Source of the DNA: Eledone cirrhosa
Lineage: Eukaryota
DNA: 64,000 nucleotides
Direction: 5' to 3'
NCBI GenBank assembly: GCA_964016885.1
Contig: OZ024740.1
Location: 338,086,001 to 338,150,000, forward strand
Positions 38,773 through 50,629 of this stretch are shown in pieces. The notes under the pieces were generated by a model. That model had not been told where the DNA came from. It searched no databases and saw only the letters and a list, made by a program, of their open reading frames with translations. The position numbers and the translations under genes are program-made. Numbering within the stretch: position 1 is the stretch's first letter; every line of letters starts with the position of its first letter.

Positions 38773-39070
38773 TTAGAGAGGCAGGTCGAGACTGGTGAGC
38801 CAGACCAAGGTGTCATTTGCAGCATTATGGATTGCCTTAATGCTGCTGGGAAAACATCTGATGGAGCAATCCCTAACAACATGCAGTACTGTCTGGTTAG
38901 GGTCCCCATAATCACATATTGAGCTGTCTTTCAATTTCCATCGATGGAGATGATGGGCTGTCCTGGCATGTGTTGTGTGGATATGATTAAATGACACCCA
39001 TTGCTTTCTGGGAAGGTCAAAGCTGGCTGGTTTAGATGTGGGGTCCTGGATGAGGTCTTGATTGGCAAAT
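38773..39070 (-). pseudogene. Non-LTR retrotransposon C-terminus with a CCHC-type knuckle
   Basis: LHRWKLKDSSICDYGDPNQTVLHVVRDC..W..LDLPL*. Confidence 0.65.
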
Positions 39071-39599
39071 TTGGATTCAATGTATGCACATTGTTTGATG
39101 ATTGAATAAAAGCGATCTTTCCCAATTGTATAAAAACTAACAATTCCAACAATAAGGCCTTTACTGATAACAACTATATAAAAATTATCAATAACAATAG
39201 CAAAGCAATATATATATAAAAGGGACCCAATACACAGTGTAAAGTGTTTGGGAATAGGAAGTGCATCAGGCTGTAGAAACCATGAGGATTTTCAGCTGTG
39301 TCAAGAGCATGATAACCTCTCTAGTGTTGGTGTCATGATAAATTTCGTCTAGTGCTCTCTATAGAGTGGTCAATAATAGGAGGGACATCCAGCCATAGAA
39401 AGGTTGCCAAACAAAGGGTCGAAAGGATTCTTCAGTTGTGTCAAGGACATAACTTTCCTAGTGCTGGTATCTTAATAAAATGCACTTAGTGCACTCTGTA
39501 AAATATAGGAACATATGTGAGTTATAGCTCTCTGACCCTTCTGTGAGGTCAGTGATGACCTATCCAACCTTTACTAGCAAGGAAACCTGATGTTAAATA

Positions 39600-40030
39600 A
39601 CGATGAGGATAATTGCAACAACAACAAAAACATCAAAACCATTAAAATGAAAAGTAACAAAAACATAATATGAAAATCAATAATATGAAAATCAACATCA
39701 GCATCATCATCACCAACATCAATAACATCAACAACAACAAAACGATTACAGCAGTGCAGTAACATAAACATCAACAGTAACAACAAAAACACCAGCAGTA
39801 ACAATAATGTTAAGATGAACAGTAATAAAAACACTAAAAATACCATCAATAACAAAACAACAGCAGCCTCAGATTCAACATTGTTAACAACAACAAGACA
39901 TAACATTATCAATAACAATAATAACAAAGTCAGCAAAACAACCGCATTAACCATAGCATCAATAACAACCAGAAAACCAACATCAAGGGCCATAGCTGCA
40001 GCAACAACAACAACAACATTAAGAGCATCA
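39600..40030 (+). repeat. Degenerate (AAC/AAT)n low-complexity tract
   Basis: Direct inspection; similar tracts at 6510-6720 and 55830-56270. Confidence 0.8.
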
Positions 40031-41664
40031 AACTTTCCTTTAATGTTTATATTTAGCTTGAGAAACAATAATTAATGTTGTGAAACCTAGTTTAAATGTA
40101 AAGTAGGGTTCAATCCCCACCCACATCTCTGGGTCAGTCTTTTAGATCAATAAAGCAATATCTTCTAAGACAGATTTTAAGTTCTACCAAATATGCAAAT
40201 CAGGTTCTAAACTGGGTGATTGCACTTATAATTAAAGGTTTGTGTGAATTGCTTTAGAAATATCACGGCCATCTTGTATCCTTAATGGAATTTATATGGA
40301 AACAAAGTAATAAGGGACACTGGTCCTGCCCCACTTCACCTGCATGCAGGCAGCCCTATCTTATTTACATAATGAATGGTATTGACAAGAATTATTGGAC
40401 TAAGGTACTTTGTTTTAGTGTATTTGGTTTTTGTTTTTTCTGTAAATATAATTTTGGTAAATTATTAGACCGAGTTTCTTTAGAATTTCTGCTACACTCG
40501 CATTCACCCCCCCCCCCCCCAAAAAAAAAATATTATGAAATATATATTAAAAAAACACAATAATAAATCCAGAATTTAGCTGTTGCAACACACAACACAA
40601 CTGTACAAAATTGTTGCTGCCAAACTATGCAATTTAAAATTCATTAATGTATGGAACATTAGATATGAAAACAAAAAAATGTAAAAGCACCAAAGAAGAA
40701 AAAAAAATCATTATGAAAATTGCAGAGGAGTGTAGAATGGCAGGATTAGCAAAGATGGATCGTTGAAGAAATGATGGAGTGTTTAGTTTAAGAAAGAAGA
40801 TTAACAAATGAAGAGATTCGGCTGAAAATGATTTTGAAGAAAGAATAACAAAATATATTTGAATAAGAGGATAGAAAAGAGTGTCTTGTTTCTTCAGATT
40901 GGAATTGGAACTTCCTTTCTGGGATGGCATTTCTGCAGGAAATTGAATATTTTGTGCTGAAAGGCCATATGCAAATTCTGTAGGAGATTAAATACACTGT
41001 CTTGAAAACTGGGGACCATTTCTATTTTGAATTAAATTCCATAACATATGGAATACTATTAATGAGTTAATTTCTTGCCAAGTTGTTCAGCATTTCCAAA
41101 ATGTGAAGTCAGGTTTACAATGGACCCCAAAAGTTGTATCATCATTTTATGTCGATTTCTTTAAAGCTAGCATGGGTTGGATGGGTCATTACAGAACAAT
41201 TCAGTATTTAATTGAAGCTATGGTTTTCCTAGAGAGGCGAGGGGTCTGCATCTTGCTTACATGCATTACACTTTTACAGCTGGATACTCTTCCTAATGTC
41301 AACTATTTTACAGAGTGTACTGGATGCACTTTGTTAAGGCACCAGCACTAGATAGATAGTGGGTATTTAAGACATTATATTTAACATGTTAGGAAGTGTT
41401 TGCTTAAAGCTTCTCAAAGGTTCATTATCGTTGTTTTATTGCCTGTTTCTCCAAGCTGGAAATCTTGAAACAATGTTCTATAGCCAAATACAATTCTTGA
41501 TGTCAGTGCATACTTTAATTTTAAGTGTACTAGTAAATTCATGATCTACATCGAATTACTAAGCTGTGAGAAATATTGGGTATGCTGGGCATAAACAAAT
41601 GTTACAACTTGCTTAAATGGTATCAATGCAAAGGTGTACATGGAGATACACACATACAGACACA

Positions 41665-41709
<45 letters not shown>

Positions 41710-41859
41710 TGTTATACTTTGGGAGGGTCATGTTGCCAATAACAAACACACGCACCAGTTGCTTTCACTTCAATTTATTATAATAAATTTATAAATTTAG
41801 GAATTTATAAATTTCCGGTTGGTTGGTTGGTTCCACAACCAGATGGTTGTTTATATATT

Positions 41860-41902
41860 GTCAAAGTTCTTTCGTCACACATTCTGTGACCGCTTCAGTA
41901 AC
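41860..41902 (-). ncRNA. Minimal hammerhead-like fold in the PLE 3' end (A9C variant or decayed)
   Basis: Minus strand GTTA-CTGAAGC-g-GTCACAgaatgTGTGAC-GAAAG-aa-CTT-TGAC, ~200 nt downstream of the EN stop. Confidence 0.5.
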
Positions 41903-42109
41903 TGGGGATTCTTTTCTTTGTTTTTGTGCCTCTCCTTTGTTCTGTCCTACGCCATCTTGTTTCTGTGTGTGTGTTGTGTGCTCAGTCAGCGCATGCGCAT
42001 GCGCCACATCCGGGTGTCTGTGTGTCTTTATATTCGTTTATTTATTTGTTTATTTACATGTTACTGGTTGGTTGTTTGTTCTATGTGCCTGTGTGTTTTC
42101 ATTTTGTCC

Positions 42110-44075
42110 TTAATTGTAAGTTGTGATGTTGCTGTTCCACTCATGTTTTCTATTTAATTTTGGTTGTAATTCTTTTATGTTTATTGCCTCTGTGATTTGT
42201 CTAAACATTGCGTCATTTTTGTGTGTAGATTCTATTTTTATTTCTATGTTCTCTAATTTACCCTTATGTTCTATTTTAGCATGTTGGTAGAGTACAGATG
42301 ATTCTTTACTATCTTGAAGGTCTCGCCAGTGTTCATTTATCCGTTCCCCTACACTATGAGCTGTCTCACCTATGTACACTATATTTTTATCTCTACATTG
42401 TCCTTCAGTACATCTTATGCTATATACTACATTTCTTGTTTTACAGTTAATATGGGGGCTTAATTTACAGGTTATACATTTCTTATATATACAGGGGGGT
42501 CTTGAAAAGGGTATGTCTTGCTAATAAGTGTTTTTATGGAGGTACCTGGTCTTTCTACTATCTTAATATTGAGTTTATGTTTATCTAGGGCCCTTCTAAA
42601 TTTGTAAGCTAATTCACCTCTAGGGGTTGTATCGATGAACATTACACTCTGGTATTTATTGCTATCATACCATGAGTTTATTCTATTAGCCTTATTCCTA
42701 GTTCTTTCTATTCTATTCCAAAATTTGCTCCTATACAAGGGGCAGGTCCCATTTGTGTCATTATTTACCATTTTTTCCCATTTGGTTCTGGCTCCTCTAT
42801 ACACACTGATTTTATCACTCTGATTGTAACCATAGAACTGCATACAGTGGATGAATTGTTGTATGTGTCTCTCTAGTTCTTCGGGGTTGAACATGCGGGA
42901 CACGTTTCTCATCACCCGTACCAAATCCGAAATCAGTATGTTGATTTTGGTATGGTGTGAAACAGCTGAGTTTCGGTGGATAAGATATTTGGAAGTCATG
43001 GGTTTGGCATAATGGGAATGGAGGATTTGTTTTTTGTTATTAATGGTATCTAACCAGAGCTCTGTGTCTAGTACAGGTAATCGATGGTTGGGGTGTTTGC
43101 TTGGGTAGTCTATAGTAACTCTAATACTCTGGTGGATGGAGTTAGCTATTTGCTGGATGCTTTCCATTGTGTTTTTCTCTAATTCCTAACTGTTCTCTAG
43201 TGGGGGTGTTTTAACTACGATGTTTATATCATCAACGTAGCGGGAGTACATTATCATCGTTAAGGGGTCTTCTAATTGTTCTTTAAGTTTAAGTCTACTG
43301 TCCCACCATACCATGAATAAGTTAGCTATGTTGCCTGCAATGCTAACACCAATGGCGGCTCCCTCCTCTTGGGCATATGTTTTTCCATTAAATTTGAACA
43401 TATGTTCCTTAAGGGTTAATTTTATGCTGCCCCCCATCGCATGTGCAATCATTTTCTTTAGTTCATCGTGATTTTCGGGGGCCCGTATGGCTCTGGTCCA
43501 CCTGTTCCATCTATCTGTGTGGGTTTTTTGGCCATTGAGGTAATGGTAGGTGGTCTGCCTCTTGCTGGTCTTGTAGGGCACAGGTTGCTAAGGTCATATG
43601 TGTCTAGGTAATTATTACTTTAGGTAAGTTTAAGTAGGAGTCCCAGCTCACTGGTATCAATCCCACGGAACTCAACATTGCTCTCACTGATCATTTTTCC
43701 ACAGCAAAATCCACGTCAATAGATGGATACAGGGACACAACATCCAAACTACCTATTATGCAGTTTGTTAGGCCCCCTAGATCGGTTACTCTCGCCGATT
43801 CTGCTGAGGAGGTCCTCCGTACTGTCACATACATCTGGGGACATTTCAATGATGGGGCGTGTGATGAGGGAGAGGAAGTAGGACAGTCTGTAGTTACTAG
43901 CAATGTTAGCTCCACAGACTGGGCGTGTTGGTGGTCCCGTGACAGGGTCACTGCCCGTTTTGAAGCCCATACAACGCTGGCACGTCATTGTTCCAGGCCT
44001 GGAAGTTGTTGGCAGTCCTTTTGTTGGGCTGCATTATATTTGTCCACATCACCATATGGGCATTGAGGGCTTTTT
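42110..44075 (-). pseudogene. Penelope-like element RT plus C-terminal GIY-YIG endonuclease, frameshifted, 5'-truncated at (TA)n
   Basis: PPTRPVCGA, GSLDVVSLYPSI, FKFNGKTYAQEEGAAIG, SRYVDD, LPVLD, HYAKPM; CKTRNVVYSIRC..C..VYIGETAHS..RINEH..RQITEA..LNRKHEWN. This EN type differs from the other PLE fragments. Confidence 0.9.
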
Positions 44076-44094
44076 CTCTATCCTCATGCTCATT

Positions 44095-44135
<41 letters not shown>

Positions 44136-44206
44136 GAAGTATTTCCGTAGGAAAGGTAAAGGAAAAGAGAGTGCTCTATGTAGGCTACAGAGCTTTGTAG
44201 TTATGT

Positions 44207-44270
44207 AATAAACAACATAAGATAATTATTTCCCACTGGTAAATGAAATAATTATCTAATGTTGTTTATT
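44207..44270. repeat. 26-bp-arm inverted repeat within a ~160-bp insert between (TA)n tracts
   Basis: AATAAACAACATAAGATAATTATTTC / GAAATAATTATCTAATGTTGTTTATT; one mismatch, 12-nt loop. Confidence 0.85.
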
Positions 44271-44293
44271 CAGAGTCCGTCCTGATCTTTTCC

Positions 44294-44391
<98 letters not shown>

Positions 44392-44618
44392 ATTTAGTGT
44401 AGATCCTGATGGAGATTGAACCCCAGAGCAGGATCTCTACCCTCTCTAATATCACCCACTAGGCCTCCATGTCCTCCATGTCACTATTCCTTAACTTTTT
44501 GAGCTCACTCCGAGTAGAAATTTATAGAGTGCTTTGTGACTGCCTCTGATAATTCGATTGTTCATCTGATATAGAGCAGCTGCAACTTCGTTTATACTCA
44601 TTATTATATATATATATA

Positions 44619-44850
44619 CAGGGTGTATATATACAGGGTGTATTATATATATACAGGGTGTATATATATACAGGATGTATTATTTTTAAAACAAACTACC
44701 ATATAACCCATGGTAACTTGTACAATACATGTCTGAATATAAGTTTTTATTCTTTTTTATAACTTTTATAAATGTTTATAAAGTTTTTACATATTGAGCA
44801 TATGTAAAAATTGTAAATGAAATTGGATGATTCTCTTTTTATACACCCTG
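44619..44850. mobile_element. Tc1/mariner-type MITE with a reiterated left end
   Basis: TACAGG(G/A)TGTAT repeated about 4 times at left; ATACACCCTG at right. Confidence 0.5.
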
Positions 44851-44947
44851 TGTATATATTTGCCAGGGAACGTCTTCACAAACCAAAGTATCGTCTTCCT
44901 GTTTTCCTTCGGTTACAATGTTTTTCGAAATATTTACTTCTGCGTTC

Positions 44948-45023
44948 ACAGATTGATTTTTTTAGTTTCAGAAGATCCCGTTAAGGGTGAAAGCAGCGAT
45001 TCTTTGCTTAAACTTTAATCTGT
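44948..45023 (+). ncRNA. Second copy of the CAGAAGA hammerhead-like fold
   Basis: As 464-539. Stem II is CCC/GGG here versus CTC/GGG there, a pairing-neutral change. Confidence 0.5.
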
Positions 45024-45025
45024 TA

Positions 45026-45114
<89 letters not shown>

Positions 45115-45163
45115 AATAATAATACAAGGACGATTTATTGAGCCTTCATTATGTTTATTGATT

Positions 45164-45248
45164 GGTGACCTGTGTTTCGTTATTGATCAGCTCAAGGTTC
45201 GATCTGTATCGATCTGGCCCGACTCTGGAATCAAAAGCTTGTCAGACC
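45164..45248 (-). ncRNA. Type I hammerhead, extended stem II, core CTGACAA (probable CpG decay of CTGACGA)
   Basis: Minus strand GGT-CTGACAA-GcttTTGAT..ATCAAtaaC-GAAAC-acag-GTC-ACC. The stem II insert is homologous to that of 17605-17705. Confidence 0.65.
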
Positions 45249-45874
45249 TCTGCTGTTGTAATGACAGAATGAACATTTAAAGCATAGAAATGTCTGTAAC
45301 GTTTCATTTTGCATTCATATGGTGGTCAGTTTATGTTGTTTTGATTGGTGGTTTAGCTATGAGGAATGTTTTGGCATGTGTGATAGGTGGGGGGGGGGTG
45401 AGTATAGTGATGAGGTGGTTGTGGGGAGCGATGTTTGATTATGAGTTGTGGGGTGTGGTGTTTTGGCTTATCATAGACATTCTGGCATGAACATGGTGAG
45501 GCAGAGGTGCTGTGTGTGGTATGGATGCGGTAGGGGTGTATGTGATGGGACATGAAAGAGTGTGATGCTGTACTAGGGGTAGGGGGTTTCTGCTGGTCAT
45601 CAGTTTGTTATGGAAGAGTGAGTGGAAAGGAAGAAGGGGAAACATAAGGGAGGTAGGTTATACTAGGTTGGGGTGGAGCTTGTTTGTAAGCTGGTTAAAC
45701 ATCGTTAAAGGGGATTTGCGCTATAAAGAATTAATGAAATAATTAATTATGGTTTGAGATTAGTGTTTGAAAAGACTATAAAAAAATTATTTTTCATTGG
45801 GTGAACCTACAGTAACTTCATGTTACACTTCCTGGATATATATATATACATATATATATGTCTAAAGTCTGTCT

Positions 45875-46015
45875 TAGGCCAGAGGCTCATTAGTCCGGTG
45901 CTTATCCTGGTTTCAAGGCATGAAGTGACTGAGAGTGCAAAACTCCCCCCCCCCCCCCCTGGACAGGATGCCAGTCCATCGCAGGGTTAAATTCCCAGCT
46001 ATGGCTGGTATCCAT
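45875..46015 (-). mobile_element. SINE central-domain fragment (family C)
   Basis: GCTTATCCTGGTTTC..CATGAAGTGACT..CCCCCTGGACAGGATGCCAGTCCATCGCAGGGTTA resembles a widespread animal SINE body; family not assigned. Confidence 0.5.
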
Positions 46016-46239
46016 TCGGGGTCCTGAACATTTTCCTATTACCCACTCTACTACCCTAATATTGAGCACTCTGGAGCGTTATGGTCCACCTGGTTCCTTA
46101 CCACACTTCCTTCGTTATATGTATATATATATAAATATATATATATAACGGAGGAATTGTGGTAAGGAACCAGGTGGACCATAACGCACCAAAGTACTCA
46201 ATACTTAGGGTAGTAGAGTGGGTAATAGGAACGAGTAGG

Positions 46240-46335
46240 ACCCCGACGGCTGAGCTCAAGCCGTTTCGACGGCTAATTCTGGACTAAATGAAAATTTTCA
46301 TCCTGGTATTTGAATAGCCGAGCTTCTCAAGGGGT
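46240..46335 (-). ncRNA. Hammerhead ribozyme, U3-A8 core variant (inverted pseudo-LTR copy)
   Basis: Reverse complement of 48336-48431. Confidence 0.75.
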
Positions 46336-46536
46336 AATTCCATATATGGTAAAAGTGATTGTCACAAGGATTGGTCAAAAGTTTGTTGTTGATACATAAT
46401 AATTCTATCATGGCAATTTGTAGAGGGAAGGGGTAGCTGAACCTGCCAGTAGGAGAAAAAGGGAGAGGGGGTGGAGGAGACCCAGTCATGCGTTGATAGT
46501 GCCGACTACAGCTGGGCATGAGGTCAAAGAAGATAC

Positions 46537-47091
46537 TTTGCACAAAACATCGTCTCCTCTAACAACAAAAAACTCAATCCCTATGGAAGAAATAACCTAA
46601 ATAGCAGTGGAGAGCCGACCAGGAGGTGCAACTGTCCTGATGGATCCATTTGCTCCCTCGACAACAGATGCAGAGATCGTAATGTGATCTACCAGTGCAA
46701 CGTGAGGACGGACACCTCCAACAAAGCTTATATAGGATTAACCGCATGTGACTTCAAGATCCGGCTATACCAACACAGACATACCTTCCGAAACCCGGCC
46801 CGGCGTCACGCCACTACACTTTCGGGCCACATATGAGACCTCAAGGATAACAAAATTACCTATCATCTCACTTGGAGATTACTGTCCAGAGCCAACTCTT
46901 ACACGGGTGGACGCCGTCCGTGCAATTTATGCTCGGAGGAAACTTTACAAATGTTGTTTTCGACGGACCAACTCCTAAACAAGAAAGATGAACTGGTTAC
47001 TGCATGTAAACACAGATTGTGTATGACTTACCTCGCCCTCAAACCCCATAATGACCCGGGGGGGGGGGGGGGGGGTAGACTAGGGCTATAA
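46537..47091 (+). pseudogene. PLE Cys-rich linker plus GIY-YIG endonuclease
   Basis: RCNCPDGSICSLDNRC-RDRNVIYQC..KAYIGLTACDFKIRLYQH..TTLSGHI*DLK..W..ANSY..CNLCSEE..LLNKKDE..CKHR. One TGA at 46834-46836. Confidence 0.88.
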
Positions 47092-47141
47092 CACCCCACT
47101 TGCCGATTTTGTAATGGGTAACCCCTGCTTGCAAAGGGAGA

Positions 47142-47497
47142 CGTAAGATCTTCTTTTATATCTTTTTATCGCTTCCTCTATATTTCCTTCTTCCCCCCAA
47201 TCCTCTTTCTTTGTCGTCGTCCTTTTCATTTTCTCGCACACCCGAGGCAGCCCCTCGGTCCTTTGTAGCCTCAGTACCCCCACCCCCTTCCCCTATTCTA
47301 TGATAGATTTGGCCGACTCCGTAAGATCTTCTTTTATATCTTTTTATCGCTTCCTCTATATTTTCTTCTTCCCCCAGTCCTCTTTCTTTGTCGTCATCCT
47401 TTTCATTTTCTCACCCACCCGAGGCAGCCCCTCGGTCCCTTGTAGCCTCAGTACCCCCACCCCTTCCCCTATTCTATGATAGATTTGGCCGACTCCG
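47142..47497 (+). repeat. Tandem duplication of ~178 bp in the PLE 3' UTR
   Basis: CGTAAGATCTTCTTTTATATC...GATTTGGCCGACTC twice, with a few substitutions. Confidence 0.9.
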
Positions 47498-48335
47498 CTT
47501 TTTATAGCAGATGTGTTAGACCCCGGATACCTGCCTTCTTATCCGATCGCTGCCCCTTTTCCGTGCTTTCTCTATTTCTTAGTGGTATCTTTGCTCTAAT
47601 TTCTCGTATATCAGTATTTATTTTTTTTGCGGGGGGGGGGGGGGGGGGGGGTTCTGAATTAATTTTCCGTATCAAATTTTACATATACTTCGTACGAGCA
47701 TTTATGTAGTTTGCACTAGAATTTTTGTATCGTAGCGGCACCCTTAGAGATAGTATTAGTATTCTTTTTCGGGATTCTGAATTATTATTTCGTATTAGTT
47801 TATTTTTTTGCACTGGGTGGTTGCTGGCCTTGTGCCTGGGGTAGAAACCTTTATTTATTATTTCGTGGTAGTTTCTTTAGTATTTTGGCCCCTCACTTGT
47901 TGACCCGTCACCGTAAGAGATACTCGGTTTATTACTTATACCTCTTAAAGGGGTCTCATTATAATTTCGTCCCACCTAGTAAACCTTTCTTTAGCTTAGT
48001 AGTACCAGTGAGAGACTTGATAGCTGTTTATTGTTTATTTTTTTACATTTAACTGCTTTTTAACACTCTCGGTATTTTTCTATATATTTACCCCATATTG
48101 TTTTACTTATTGTTTCGACTTCCTCCCCCTCCCTAGTATCTTCTTTGACCTCATGCCCAGCTGTAGTCGGCACTATCAACGCATGACTGGGTCTCCTCCA
48201 CCCCTCTCCCTTTTTCTCCTACTGGCAGGTTCAGCTACCCCTTCCCTCTACAAATTGCCATGATAGAATTATTATGTCTCAACAACAAACTTTTGACCAA
48301 TCCTTGTGACAATCACTTTTACCATATATGGAATT

Positions 48336-48431
48336 ACCCCTTGAGAAGCTCGGCTATTCAAATACCAGGATGAAAATGTTCATTTAGTCCAGAATTAGCC
48401 GTCGAAACGGCTTGAGCTCAGCCGTCGGGGT
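48336..48431 (+). ncRNA. Hammerhead ribozyme, U3-A8 core variant
   Basis: ACCCC-TTGAGAA(48341-47)-GctCGGCTATTC..GAAtTAGCCGtC-GAAA(48404-07)CGGCT-tgagctc-AGCC-GTC(48424-26)-GGGGT. Confidence 0.78.
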
Positions 48432-48441
48432 CCTACTCGTT

Positions 48442-48484
<43 letters not shown>

Positions 48485-48522
48485 GTAAAGTTATATTTAA
48501 AATTGTTGGGTTACAATATTCA

Positions 48523-48586
48523 ATTTTGTCTGATGAAGGCATAGCATATTGTTAATATGATATCCCCGAAATATATATAATGAAAT
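48523..48586 (+). ncRNA. Minimal type I hammerhead with a TATATA stem III
   Basis: ATTTTGT-CTGATGA(48530-36)-aGGcATAgCATATTgttAATATGaTATcCCc-GAAA-TATATA-TA-ATGAAAT, lying between TA tracts. Confidence 0.65.
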
Positions 48587-48664
48587 AAATATGGTTTTAT
48601 AAATATAGTTTTCCATTTATTTAATATTGTATATATGTATATATATATGTATGTATATATATAT

Positions 48665-48695
<31 letters not shown>

Positions 48696-48923
48696 GTATG
48701 TATATATATATATATCATCATCATCACCGTTTTACGTCCGTTCTTTCACGCTAGCATGGGTTACATATATATATATATGTATATTTAATCTGTTATTTTA
48801 ATAAATATTTGCTCTTCGGTTCTTATATATTTGATATATATTTTCCTTATCGAGCCCTCTCTGGATTTTAGTCTTCAATTTTATTATTATTACTATATAT
48901 ATGTATATATATATATATGTATG

Positions 48924-48966
<43 letters not shown>

Positions 48967-49161
48967 GTATGTATAAATATATATATATGTGTGGGTGTGT
49001 GTATTTATGTAAAAAACTCTATTATATAAAACTTGGCAAACTGGGATATATAGTATATTTATCTCTGTTTACATATTGAGGGCTCTTTCTTAAGTGATTA
49101 CAACCCCAAATCAAGGCAAATATACATATATACACACACATCTCTCTTTCGCTCTCCCCCC

Positions 49162-49240
<79 letters not shown>

Positions 49241-50019
49241 GTATATGAGTGGATGGAAGATCAAAACACCATGTTATGTGTTCTTTATTAATTAAGAAAG
49301 ATATGAGGAATAATCTTGAATGAATTGGGTAGTTAATTTAACAAATACAAAACTGTTTATGTTAAATCTTCCATCTATGTGAGAATCTTTAAGTTATACT
49401 TCAAACACCAGCTTTGTAATGATAATGTTGATTATATTTCTAAATCCCTCAAAATTCTTGAATATTTTCAAAATTAATTAGAAATTATAAGCATTGTCAT
49501 TCACTAGAAATATGGTAATGAAATGTTTAATCCAGAACTATACAGTTCCTGCCATTTTGATAAATTCAAAAGAAAATAAGTACAACATATTTTTGATAGA
49601 ATTCAAGATAACCATTTTTTAATGGACACATGACATATTGAAGTTTATTCCAGTTACAAACAGTAGAAGGTCAGTTAAGGAATTAAGACATTAATAAAAA
49701 ACATTGCTGAGAATAATTGAGACTATCGGAGCTGCATAATTTTTTATAAACTGAAATACATACAAAAAAGTATGAATTTAGCTAACCTTCTTCGTTAGCA
49801 ATGACATGTTTGGCTTTGAATCTTATCTAAAAATATTTTAACGTGTAGGTCAAAAGTTGTGGTGTTTATTTTAATAAAAAAATACAGATTTACTTAGAAA
49901 AAAAAAATAAAAACATTCAAAGTACCTATGAACCATTTAAAATAAGCTGAATAGCTGCAAAGTTCCAAACCCTGATATAGAAAGAATGTGGCAGTTATTT
50001 ATCATTATTAAAATATATA

Positions 50020-50370
50020 CATCACAACAACCACAAACATAACTGCTATATTAATACTATATTAAACACAATATAGACACCATACAACTACAAACAAATG
50101 TATTAATACTGTATTAATCACAGTATAGACTCCACAACAACCACAAAAACAACTGCTATGCTAATATATTAAACACAATATATATACACTACACAACTGG
50201 TATACTAATCCTATACTAAACACAATATACATACCACATATGTGGAAGCAACTGCTATAGTAATACAATATCAAACACAATATAGACAGTACACAACTGC
50301 TATACTAATACCAATGTAAACACCAATAGACATTGCATAATTGCAAACAACTTCTACATTAATACTACAT
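50020..50370 (+). repeat. Degenerate minisatellite
   Basis: Recurrent CAACTGCTATA(C/T)TAATAC..TATTAAACACAATATAGACAC units. Confidence 0.7.
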
Positions 50371-50629
50371 CACTTGTGTATCCATAGATTACACTGTGTG
50401 CACCTCACAGAATTTCTGCTCACCCCTTTTCAAAACATCGACTAAGGCAAATTCACTAATGGTATCAGCTCTCAGTCCACATTCCCACTTATTAAGACTT
50501 TAGTATTTGTTAAATTAACTTTTGGGGCTTTTGATCCTAGTTTTTTTCCATACCTGGAATTTGGCCTCTAACTCTCTCATGTACTCAAGCTATAAGGACT
50601 ATATTATTAGCATACAGGAGTTCATATAT

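Larger units (their letters stand above)
46147..48446 (+). mobile_element. Penelope-like insertion: inverted pseudo-LTR (46147-46537), truncated ORF, 3' UTR, pseudo-LTR (48135-48446), between (TA)n tracts
   Basis: 46226-46537 is the near-perfect reverse complement of 48135-48446, with a GIY-YIG ORF in between. Confidence 0.9.

Noticed and set aside
39574-40075. Long hydrophobic or YI/CV-rich ORFs in the ORF track (also 6560, 53934, 55828, 61657)
   Set aside because: These are translations of microsatellite or low-complexity DNA.
46834-46836. In-frame TGA in a PLE endonuclease as possible selenocysteine recoding (known for some Naiad PLEs)
   Set aside because: It falls at a conserved Trp position (IWDLK), not a Cys, so TGG>TGA is simpler. 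The TGA at 22435 in the Tx1 ORF2 is likewise at a probable Trp.
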